64,000 bases of DNA from Mytilus californianus (lineage: Eukaryota), in assembly GCF_021869535.1 (NCBI RefSeq), contig NW_026262734.1:101680001-101744000 (forward strand), written 5' to 3'. Positions 46,683 through 58,103 of this stretch are shown piece by piece. A program made the position numbers and the translations under genes. Under the pieces are notes generated by a model. The model did no database searches and was not told the origin of the DNA. It saw only the letters and a list, made by a program, of their open reading frames with translations. Each line of letters begins with the position of its first letter. The stretch's first letter is position 1.

Positions 46683-49039
46683 CAATCTCCTCTAGTTGGT
46701 CTTATTTTTTATTCTTTTTCAATGTTAGTTTGATTATTTGCATTTTCTTGAATTTTCTTCTATTTCAGAGGTACATTTTTTAATTTAATTTTTTTGGTTT
46801 CGTATTTTGCGTGTTTTTTGTTTTTTGTTTGTTTTTTAATTCTTCTTACATAATTATTATTTTAATTATCTGTTAATGTATACGTGTTTCTTATTGTCAC
46901 TTTTGACTTATTTTCTATTTTTTCATACCCAATATCTTTCTTATACTCTTCCGATTTCTTGTTTGGTTTGGGTTTTTTCTTTCAATTTGTGATATCAAAG
47001 CAGAGGTGCTGTCGAGTTTTATTCTAAACAATGCGGTACCGATAACATTTCAATTAAAAAAATCAACTTTGAATTTACATGAAGACAAAAAACCACCTTA
47101 CTTAATTGGCCATATAAAGATTATCACCAGGTAGTGTTTGTAAAAGACTTTTAATTCATGTACATCTTGAGTTTTGATATCAATATTAGTATGTAGACCA
47201 GATACTCAAATGACTGCTTTTGTCTATAAAATGCACAAATGAAATAAAAGTGTACCCTTTGATTTCATGTAAATCAAAATAAAATATTGCATTCCAGATA
47301 TGATTAATGTATAGCTTTCGTTACAATAAAAGTTAAAAAAAAGTATGTGTTTCTTCCTAATGACATATTTTAAAACCAGTCTATTTCCCACCTTCTATAT
47401 TGGAAGGATGGTTTGTCTTTGAGAAAGTGAAAGAGACCTATCTTTTTATATAAGATGCTTCTATACTCCACTTAGTGCATTCTTATACTGCGTGATATCT
47501 GTGTCGGTTACAATGTATACGTAAGTCGATGAAAACAACTTTATACATTTCATGCTTCCAAAAGGGTTAGTAATCTGTAAACCGTGAAATGTGGGTCAAC
47601 GTGTATAAGGTGCTGACATATTTTTCTGGGTAAAATTTGTATCCAGTTGTTACATTAGATTCATGCCACTAAGTATCTGAGATCACAACTGGGATGAACT
47701 CATAATCATAAGTCAATTGAAATCCAAAGTGACATTCCATTTGTTATATTTTTAGATGCAACCATTTGTGTATCCTCACATGACATTTCGTAATTGTAGG
47801 TCACTTGGTGTCTGATATCCTAACTCTCATTTAAAACTTGTTATTAGTCAGTAAAGCGTTTAATGGAATTCTTAGTGACCTACTGTCCGTGGAAGCTGCC
47901 TTACTTCTTAAGGTGCATCCGTACGCCAAGTTATTTGATTGTAAGTCACTTAGCATCTGAGGTCTGACTTGGATCTATATATTTATTGGAAGCAATACGT
48001 GTAGGTTAGTGAAAAATTTGTTTGAAGAATGTTGCTATACTACTTTGATACACTGTTGTTTGGCTGTAGGTCAATAAGGTTTTGATATCTAAACCTCAGA
48101 TGAATTACGGGATATCGATAAGTCACTGAACCAAGAAAAATTTAGCATTTTAAGTTGATTTTTGTGGCACATAATCAGCACTCTATTATGCATCTGTGCA
48201 CCTTGCAACATAAAATACCTTACATCGTGAAAAATAAGCCTTCAAAACAGACGAACAAACAAGTTCCAATCAGTTTTTAGTGTTTACAGTTTTCAAAATT
48301 AAAAGAAATACAAAGACAAACAAAGAACAGCATAGAAACGACCACTCTTATGATTTCTAGTTAACAAATTAATAAAAAAAGTAATTTTTAGATAAGGGAT
48401 CCATTTAGGTTATCTGCTTCATATTAGAGTGGTTTGTTTATATGTAAGAATATCTGACATTATTCTGAAAACTTCAAATTCTAAGATTGATTGCAACACA
48501 ATTTGGTTTCCCTTAACTGACTACAAGCTTTCAGAGTAGAGTTCTGCCTTAAAAATTTCCGATCATTTTAGATTAAGTACAAATGGCGTGAATTAAAGTG
48601 TAGGTCATCATACGGCCTCCCGGAATGAGCAAATCCCATACCTGTTAAGGCGAAATGTACGTAATTAACTACTCCACAGAATTTTTTTCAAACCTTACAT
48701 ATGGATTCTCTTTTGTAAAAATACATCAGAAAATAATATAAAAATGCGGATAACCGTTTTCGCTTTTCAGATACAAGTTGTTGAAATGAACAGCATGATA
48801 CGCAAAAACTACAAAGGATATATAGGGAAAATTAAAAAAAATTGGCAGATATTTTTACTTTATCAAGATTTTCTAAGTTGTTGGTCCACAGAATCTTTTT
48901 AAAACAAAAATGAACGACAAATCTATTGGTGCTTAGACAGTTCTTATCAACCGTACTAGTTTTCAAGCTATATCCTGTGGAAGTTTGATTTTTAGCGGGG
49001 AAAAAATAAAAAATACGGTATTGATAATTCACGCGCAAA

Positions 49040-50130
49040 CTAAACATATACCCTAACGACACTTAACATAGAGGAAATCCTAAATATTCATCAGTTCTAT
49101 GTTTCTTTGGAATTTCAACCAATTACTAAGAACTGGATCTTCCTTCACTGTATTGGATATCTAAATTATATAACTTCCCTCACAAAAACGTTATATTGCT
49201 TGGTCTACCAAGTGCTCCTCCAAACCTCTTTCTAAATTAACATAAACTGCATCAGCTCTCAAAGCCGGACTTAAGAGCAATTATGAAACTATTCAATCAT
49301 AGGGCGGCGTGAATCAGATAAGAATACTTAAACATTCCGGAGATCTGTTGGAGTACTTACAATATATGCCCTCCTATAATAGTATTTGAAAAATTAAAAT
49401 TTGACTTTTCTAAACTTTACAAAAGTATCCCTCATTCTAAAGTAAAAGACAATATGAAAGAATTGGTCCTCATTTGTTTCATAAAAAATAATAGCCAACG
49501 TAGATAGAAATATCTTGTCTTATGAAGGAATAAATTGGACTTTGTAACAAACCACTCTGATTCAAAATTAATTTCTCTGAAACTGATGCTTAATTCCTTA
49601 AATGAGATCATATTTGTTACGTTTGGAGTATTGAAAGTGTCTTTTAAACACACAACCAATAATTCAATTGGAACCAACTGTACTCCTTGTTTTGCTAACT
49701 TGTTCCTATATTCCTATGAGGCAGACTTCATACAGGAGCTTCTTAGGAAAAATAACAAGAATCTACAATCATTCTAACTTAATGGTCCGCTATAAAGGCG
49801 ATGTCCACTCACTAAATAGTTCAAAGTTTTGTGAAAATCTTAAACGCATCTATCCTCTCGAATTTGAAATAAAGGATACAACAGATACAGTTGAGTCTGG
49901 CTCATATCTTGACCTACATCTAAACATTGACAATGAGGGTCGGTTGTGAACAAAGCATTACGACAACAGATATGCTATCAGCTTCCCATTTGTGAACATT
50001 CTATTTCTATGTAGCAACATTTTAGCAGCGACTGCATATGGTGTATATAACTTTTATTTGATAAGATATTCCAGAGCAATGATTTCCATAATACAGGGTT
50101 TCTGCTTTCAAGGAAGCTATTAAACCCAGA
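49040..50130 (+). mobile_element. Strongly degenerate Naiad-type Penelope-like copy
   Basis: Fragments SIGTNCTPCFANLFLYSYEADFIQELLRK and IKDTTDTVESGSYLDLHLNIDNEGRL; many frameshifts. Confidence 0.9.
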
Positions 50131-50649
50131 GTTCAAACATTTAATTTTCTTTGTTGTCTTTTCTCCTATTAAGGTCCGGCTTTAATTTTTCCTAAAGCGA
50201 GCATAAACACGGGTTTTAAACCTTCTCTCAAATAAGCTGACTCTGCTATTTAAAAGATATTTGGGTGGAAAGTTATATTAGATCATGTTCTCTGTTTGGA
50301 TATTAGCATATTCAAGTCTTTTTTATCAAAAGATTTGTTTATCAAGGAAAACCCTTCGTAAATAAGTCATGACCAGAATTACTTTTCGGGCTGGAACCTT
50401 CATTTGCACTAAGTATTCCGATCTCCGTCGTCCTTGAGTGGATTTCTTTGTCAGGTCATGCAAACAAGCATGAAATTCTCACCCTAGGGTTTATGCATTG
50501 TGACCACTTATTGTTTTGTTTTATTTTATTTGTATCTTCTTTCTGATTTATGAGATAAGCTACCTATTAGTAAGGATAAGACACCAGAAAGTGACATTTC
50601 AATTCTATTTGTGTTGTTTTCTAGATTTTGATATCACATGCTAAAAACG

Positions 50650-52738
50650 AAATAAATGCATTCCTTAGTGAGCCTAAATCCATCAATAGGAAACACAACT
50701 TCAAAATACTGATGGATTCAGTCGAGGGTTATGCATGTTATGCCATGCAATGGGTTAAACGCGAGAAAGAAGACGTAGATACTCTTTCTGAATGGATTAA
50801 GGCTGTGCGGTCGTTGATACAAATCAGAATTAAGAAACTGAATGGGTCAATCAATACCAATGCTACGTCAATCTTTATAGACCAAAATGTTGTAAAACAC
50901 TTGTCCTACCTCCATGACAAATATGTTGTTGTTCCCGCAGACAAAGCCCCAAACAACATCGTTTTTGTGTGTAAATCACATTACGTTAACTGCTTGATAA
51001 ATGAATTAGGTATTGACAATTCACGTAGAAACCAAACATATACCCCCATGACACTTACTAAAGAGGAAATCCTGGATAATCATAGGTCTGTTCTATGTTC
51101 CTTTGTAATTTCAACCAAAGATGAAGAACTGGATCTTCCATTACTATATTGGATACCTACACTACATAAGTATCCTTACAAACAACGGTATATCGCTGGG
51201 TCTTCCAAGTGCTCCACGAAACCCTTTTCTAAATTATTAACATCAATTTTATCAGCAATCAAAGCCGGGCTTCAAAGTTATTGTGAAACTGCCTATTCCA
51301 GAGGTGGCGTGAATCAAATGTGGATACTAAATATTCCAAAGATCTTTTAGAGTACATACAATCTAAGGCTCTTTCATCTTGCAACAGTATCAAAACATTT
51401 AACTATTCTACACTTTACACAGGTATTTCCCATTCCAAACTAAAAGGCAAATTCAAAGAGTTGGTATTGCTTTGTTTCATAAAAAAGAATGGCCAACGTA
51501 AATACAAGTATCTTGTCTTAAGGAGGGATAAATCCTACTTTGTAAAAAATCACTCTGATTCAAACAAACAATTCTCTGAAACCGAAATTATCAAGATGCT
51601 TGATTTCTTGATTGACAACATATTTGTTACGTTTGGAGAACGTGTTTTTTCAACAAACTATCGCATTTCCATGGGAACCAACTGTGCCCTTCTTCTTGCT
51701 CGCCTTTATTCTTATGAGGCTGACTTAATACAGAAACTTCTTAGGAAGAAAGAAAAGAAGTTAGCAGTATCCTTTAACTTTACTTTCCGCTATATAGATG
51801 ATGTTCTCTCACTAAATAATTCAAAATTTGGTGACAATGTTGAACGTATCTATCCCATCGAACTAGAGATAAAGGATACAACAGATACAGTTGAGTCTGC
51901 TTCATGTCTTGACTTACATCTAGAAATTGACAATGAGGGTCGGTTGAAAACAAAACTTTACGACAAAAGAGATGATTTCAGCTTCCCAATTGTGAACTTT
52001 CCATTTCTATGTAGCAACATTCCCGCAGCGCCGGCATACGGAGTAAATAACTCCCAATTGATACGATATTCACAGGCTTGTAATTCCTATCATGATTTCC
52101 TTGATAGAGGATTGCTGCTCACAAGAAAGCTATTTAACCAAGAGTTCCAAATGGTGAAGTTGAAATCATCCCTTCGTAAATTTTACTGACGCTATCACGT
52201 ATCTTGTCACTGCCTATTCTAGAGATGGCGTGAATCATATGTGGATACTAAAAAATTCCAAAGATCTTTTAGAGTACATACAATCGAAGACTCTTTCATC
52301 TTGCAACAGTATTAAAACATTTGACATTTCTACACTTTACACAAGTATTTTCCATTCCAAATTAAAAGACAAGAACTTTTGGTTGACCGTTATGGAATAT
52401 CCATTTCACAGATGATAGCAGTTATGTTCCTTATGTCGTAACTACAATCCCGTTCCCTTTTCACGAATGTGACCTACCGAGTTAGACTATTTATTTGGTT
52501 TGTACTAACATGAGCAACACGACGGGTGCCACATGTGGAGCAGGATCTGCTTACCCTTCTGGAGCATCTGAGATCACCTCCAGTTTGTGGTGGGGTTCGT
52601 GTTGCTTAGTCTTTAGTTTTCTATGTTGTTTTTTGTGTACTATTGTTTGTTTGTCTTTTCTATTTTAGCCATGGCGTTGACAGTTTATTTTCGATTTATG
52701 AGTTTGAATGTCCCTCTGGTATCTTTCGCCCCTCTTTT
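50650..52738 (+). mobile_element. Longest Naiad-type Penelope-like copy (pre-RT domain, RT, 3' UTR), frameshifted
   Basis: ORFs 50628-51350 (VPADKAPNN, LYWIPTLHK, YIAGSSKCSTKP) and 51320-52189 (YIDD) overlap across a frameshift. The 3' UTR matches 21870-22170 in reverse; a ~180-bp internal insertion lies at 52200-52378. Confidence 0.93.
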
Positions 52739-53183
52739 AGATGTTCTAGAAAAGACCACTTATAAGCTATTCAAAAATAAAGATATATTGAAAAATAGGT
52801 AAAAAAATAACTAAAATATCGAACTCTATGGTAAATGCAAAAAGGGGATGTCCATAAAAACTGACACCAAACGTTGCAAACGTTGTTTTGTCATGGTGTT
52901 GTCGGTTTCTCTTCGATCTATGGATAATGATGGTCGCTTTTGTATCATCCCTCTCTTTTTATATAGCAAACTCGATATCTCGATTTGTCGACATACGGAA
53001 AATGCGACTGGCATAACAAATTATAAGTCTGGTATATTTGATGAGTTTTTTGTAACAGTCATGTGAATTAGGGAATTACAATTTCTTACAAGTAATTAAA
53101 TACAATGGATAGTTTGCGATTACAACTGTCTTCTATTGATTGTATAATTAAAGTTATATTGAATAAAAACTAGTTACTTCTTA

Positions 53184-53834
53184 TCATATAATAAACGTTG
53201 ACAAAACAAATAGTATTGAAATAAAACATAAGAGGAAGACACACTTAAAACACTTAAAATACCAATTTTCATGAACTCGGCCAACCTTGGTATGTTCATT
53301 TGATCTTGTTCGTACGATATGAGAATATTCCAAGAATGTAGAAGATCGACTTGTCTCATTAGAATATGGGTAGTCGGATGATCTAGAATAAGTTTTTAGT
53401 CCAGGGTTATACATATTCGTGCTATTTAAAGATTGATTATATATTTGGTATTGATTGTTTGCTCTTTCCTTTTTTAGCCGACGCCATGCTATTCCGCCGG
53501 CATTCCCTCGAACACGCACACACGATCCCTCGTTATACGTTGTAAACTTTATTGAATTAACTCCAAAGGTTTCATACACAGGAATGGAAGTTATCATTCC
53601 AAGTGCTTCCGCTTTTTTTGAATACCCAGAGTCTGCGATTGTCCTGTGTAAACCACTTTCCTTTCCACCAAATCACGTTTATTCTCGGAATACTCGTAAC
53701 TTTGGCTGATCCATTAATAAGATCATCTAATGTTTCTCCAATATATGTGTAACAATGGCTTGTTGACAATCCAAAAGTTTTTGAAATTGAATCCTGTGAG
53801 TAAAATAAAAAATTTCCGATGGCCTTAGATACAT
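53184..53834 (-). pseudogene. Frameshifted gene (or gene with assembly indels): N-terminal ParB/Sulfiredoxin-like DNRRL domain, low-complexity linker, C-terminal transmembrane anchor
   Basis: Acceptor TTTGTTTACAG, then ATG at 53834. Removing a 5-nt duplication (53801-53810) and one T from T7 (53613-53619) joins three ORF-track pieces into 214 aa: MYLRPSEIFYSQDSISKTFG...IGETLDDLINGSAKVTSIPRINVIWWKGKWFTQDNRRLWVFKKAEALGMITSIPVYE...CFKCVFLLCFISILFVLSTFII*. The domain identity is inferred from motif pattern only. Confidence 0.65.
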
Positions 53835-54984
53835 GTTTACTGTAAACAAAGTTAGTTTCACTTTTGGAACTTCAGAAAATACAAACATGTAACTGATAAC
53901 CGTTATCATTTTTTAAAGTTTATCAACGTGCAAATAATGTTATAAATAATCGATAATCAATTAATTCATATCAATTTCAAGCGATAGTTCTTAAGGACAT
54001 TTTTGAAGTACTGAACCTTTTCTGTTGTATTCTAATCTTTTCACAACTTTTAATTACATTTTTTTAAATTTTTTTTTTGTCGCTGAACTATCATTCATAG
54101 TCAAAATATGCTCTGGTACATCAACAATGTATAGCAAACATACCGAACTCCAAGGCGAATTCAAAAAAAGGAGAAGTCCTTAAAAACTGACAAATTCAAA
54201 CGCTATCAATCAACAGAACAAATGAAAACAACTGCCATATTTCTGATGTTTGTACATTCATTTTCCGAAGAAAATGGTGGGTTAAACCTGGTTTTAAAGC
54301 TAGCTAGGTAAACCTCCCACTTGTTCTTGCAAATGTTTTTCTGTTCAATGTGATGACATGTTGTAAGTTTCCTATTTTCTTTTACCGGTTGAAAACTGTG
54401 TCAATAACAGTGCATCATTGAAGACCTTCTAACAACTTGTTATACCCAAAAATGCGTTGTTTATTAAAAACATTGTTTATTTCCTACAGATTATTTTCTG
54501 ATGTACATCAACCCTTATATCTATATTTCAGCTTATCACCAACGATACAAAAGGATATAGAAGTAGGTCCCAGCTTCTGCTTCACGATATATAGATTCCC
54601 CATAAAGGCGACGTTTGAATTTATGTGATGTATGAATTTGCAAACGATTTTTTTTTTTATTTTGAATTAAGGTTGTAATGATAATCAACATTGTACTTAC
54701 GATCTTGGTTATGTGCACCAAAATCAATCACACAAAATATCTTTATTATTAGTTAGTATATCAAAGAAACAAAGCTTTTTTCTTATTGTTTATCTTCAAA
54801 TCTGTTCAAAGGTCATCCGATGTATTGAACTGAGAAGGAGTCATGCTCTCTTCACGTTCAACAACGCTTGCAATAACTCACCAAAATCTATTTCAAGATT
54901 TATACGTTTTTTTTATTGATTAACCTTTGTAGTACACACATATTTTATTTTGACTCATTTTGTCAAAATACTAGACTTTTTGAA

Positions 54985-55610
54985 GAATAACACAGGCATT
55001 TGACCATTTGGTGGAATAATATTTCAACAAATAATTGGATTTCAAAAAGGTGGTAAATGTGCATTCCTTCTGGTCGACTTGTTATTTGTATTTGCATGAA
55101 GCTGAATTCATTCAAAACTTTCACAAGGATCAAACGAAAGACACATCTTGACAAGTTCTTTGATTGCACGTTCAGATATGAATTCGAACGTGCTTTAAAG
55201 GTCTCCTCTATTAAACCAAAACATGTCTTGTCAGGTCAGCTTTTCATGTAACAATGAAGTAATATCTATGCATTTTGAATCTCAATCTAAATATCGCATC
55301 TCTTATTAATGTGTTTTTCTTGTTTTGAGGGTGGCCTTTATATACGGGTTTGACTACACCCAAAAACGTCACATAATGGAAACTACCGAGACTAGGAAGT
55401 CTGTTTCGTATCTGGATCTTTAGATGAATTTTAAGCAGGTGGACCACTACAAAATAGTATGTTAGGCAAAAGTGTCGATATTAATTGTACATTTTGGTTT
55501 TCTCATTTCTCAGGAGTACTATAATCTCTGCAAAAGGTATGTTGTTTACATGTCTCAGTTGATACGTTAAACGCTTGAATGTAAACATTATAACGAACTT
55601 TACTTATAGT
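54985..55610 (+). mobile_element. Very old Naiad-type RT fragment
   Basis: FGGIIFQQIIGFQKGGKCAFLLVDL...EAEFIQ parallels FGGRVFQQTVGIPMGTNCAPLLADL...EADFIQ; SVSYLDL at ~55400. Confidence 0.6.
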
Positions 55611-56514
55611 ATTGCGTTTCTAAATCACACAATCCATGTGACTGTGAGTAAGAAAAACTGAAATTAACCTTTTGCAAATTGTAGTCGCAATCACGAATTA
55701 TTTGATGAATTGTCTGTATCTAAACACACGAGACACGTTTTCGCGCCCTTAGATCCGAAGCCAACGTTGATAATGATGTCAAGTATTTAAATGATTTGAA
55801 AGTAACTGCAGTATGCAGAACTGCATGCTAATATATATAATATATATATTTTTGAGATTAATCAAATTAAATAGCAAACAAAAAGAAATGAAAATGTATA
55901 CAATACAAAACCCCTGAATGGCAAAAATAGTAAAACTCGTCAAGTCCATGAGAGTTATGTGTCTTTAATTGATCAATGAATAGGATGATATAATATGTAT
56001 ACTTTTGTGAAGGAATTTCATCTTTGACGTCACTGTGATATGTACTAAAAATATGGAAGATGGCATATTTGACCAATATTGCTCACTTTACTTATTGTAG
56101 AATTTCATATAAGAACCAAGTTCTTACCAAAAATAAACATCTTTGGAAAGTTTTAAGTCCTGAAGACGATTTGTAGGACAAAATGCAAAAAGTGTAAAGT
56201 TGATATTTGAAATACTACGTCTGATGTACATGTGTATTTAAGGGGCATTTGATGTCAAATTCATTTTTACCGATTCACTATAATTCTTATATTTGATTTA
56301 AAACATACTACAACGTATATTCAAATTAAGAAACAATTCACAAAACATCCGATGGTTATAACATGTATAATGTATCAGCATTTCGTGCGTATTTTAGACT
56401 AGATGTCGTCTATGTATCCATCGAGATGACCCCAAAGATTGCCGACGGTCATATAACCCGATATTAACAAATATAAAGATATATAGAGATCTCACTAGAC
56501 CATGTAGACGGTTT

Positions 56515-56760
56515 AAAAAATAATAAATTAACAAAAATACCGAACTCCAAGGAAAATTCAAAACGGAAAGTCCTTGATCAAGTGGCAAAATAAAAAACTC
56601 AAACACATCAAACGAATGGAAAACAACTGTCATATTCATGACTTGGTAGAGGCATTTCCTTATGTAGAAATGGTGGATCAAACCTTGTGTAAGTTTCATA
56701 GCTAGCTAACCTCTCACTTGTATGACAGTTGCATATATTGCCATTATATTGACAAAAATG
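56515..56760 (-). mobile_element. Dispersed repeat (reverse of the 21110-21362 family)
   Basis: AAAATACCGAACTCCAAGGAAAATTCAAAACGGAAAGTCC...ACCTCTCACTTGTATGACAGT is the reverse complement of 21170-21362. Confidence 0.85.
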
Positions 56761-56984
56761 TGTGAGCAAAACAAACAGATATGTTCCTTTGTTTTTTTGT
56801 GGTGTTATTTTGCTGTGCATGTAATGATTATGTGTCATGGATGGATACCCCATATCCTTGGTTTATCTATTATAATAGGTAAAAATGTCAAAAATTGGCA
56901 ATATGATAATCTTAATCACTATGAAAACAAATAACTATTTCAACAAAATGGGCATAAAGACACTCTATAGACAAAAATACCAAA

Positions 56985-57310
56985 AGGATAGTCACTCTTA
57001 ATTCGAAAACAAACTGACAATGCCATGACAAAAAAAACGACAAACGACCAAAAGATAGACAACGGTCTCCAAAACATAACATAGAAAACTACAGACTAAG
57101 TAACACGAACCACACAACAACGGGGATGATTTCATGTGCTCCGGAACGGTAAACAGATCGTGGTCTACATGTGGCATCCATCGTGTCGCTGATGTAAGTA
57201 CAAACCTGATGATTACTCTAATTTGATAGGTCACATTCGAGGAAGAGACGATAGTATTGTGGTTACAACAATTGGAACATATCCGTCGTCATCTGTGAAA
57301 CAGACATTCA
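56985..57310 (-). mobile_element. Naiad-type 3' end fragment
   Basis: Degenerate copy of the 3' UTR (GTGCTCCGGAACGGTAAACAGATC, ACATGTGGCA, GGAACATATCCG). Confidence 0.8.
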
Positions 57311-57604
57311 AAAAATATAATATAAATATATATGAATCTTAAATTAAACACATCTCAATCTACTTTGTAAAGGGTGAACATAATTAAACTAGTCATTTAT
57401 ACTAAACCATTCGTCTTTCTTTATTCTCTGATTCTCATACAAATAATACAGCCTGGAAAAAGAAAAAAAAAACTAGTGGTTTTACCTTTAAAACACATTA
57501 TCAATTGGATGTGTGTTATATATGTACGATTTAATATTGTCTGCATAGTTAATGCATTCTTTCTCATTACATAAAATAGCAAGTAATCATATTCTGAAAG
57601 GTTC

Positions 57605-57815
57605 CTTATGCGGATCACGATATGCTACCCTTCCAGAGCACTTGAGATCACACCTAGTGTTTGTTGGGGTTCGAGTGGCCAGTTTGGGGTTGTCTATGTT
57701 GTTTTTTTTTCGCCGTTGTTTTTTTTTCATGTATTTTTCCATGGCGTTTTCAGTTTGTCAGCGACTTGTGAGTTTGAATATTCTTTTGGTAGCGCATGCC
57801 TCTCCTTTAATTTCT
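57605..57815 (+). mobile_element. Naiad-type 3' end fragment, opposite orientation to 56985-57310
   Basis: TACCCTTCCAGAGCACTTGAGATCAC...GGGGTTCG...CCATGGCGTTTTCAGTTTG...GAGTTTGAATATT. Confidence 0.7.
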
Positions 57816-58063
57816 CTTTCAAACGATATATGTATATATTCTTCTTACACATGAAACATTCTAAAACTTTATACTTTATAACATCCTGTGGAAGTTTATC
57901 ATTTTTTTAAATTTACAATGCGAATGAGTTAATTTATATCGTAATCTATTTGGATAAAAGTTATGATGAAGAATATGTTATTAAAATGAAAAGAAGAACA
58001 ATCTTTCAGATTTCCCGTCAGAAACGTTACAATTTTATGAAAATAAATTACACATTTTACTGT

Positions 58064-58103
58064 ACCAGATGTGGATTTCGCCAATGAAAGTCTCTTCAGT
58101 TAT
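58064..58103 (-). ncRNA. Degenerate minimal type I hammerhead-like motif
   Basis: Minus strand ATAA-CTGAAGA-GAC-TTTCATT-GGC-GAAA-TCCACA-TC-TGGT: core boxes and an AUC triplet are present, with one mismatch each in stems I and II. Confidence 0.45.

Noticed and set aside
49040-52738. Selenocysteine-encoding Naiad (in-frame TGA plus SECIS)
   Set aside because: Known for some clam and spider Naiads, but the TGA codons I checked (e.g. EGRL*TK at ~49947 and FY* at 52187) fall at non-Cys positions and look like decay; I could not build a convincing SECIS.
53605-53625. Programmed ribosomal frameshift at the A7 run
   Set aside because: The required shift is +1, the run does not fit an X XXY YYZ heptamer in frame, and a second upstream indel would still break the gene.
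54695-54900. 5' exon for the DNRRL gene (strong donor GATC|GTAAGT at 54701/54700)
   Set aside because: Plausible, but a single donor match without transcript data is not enough; similar lone donors occur at ~25048 and ~41441.
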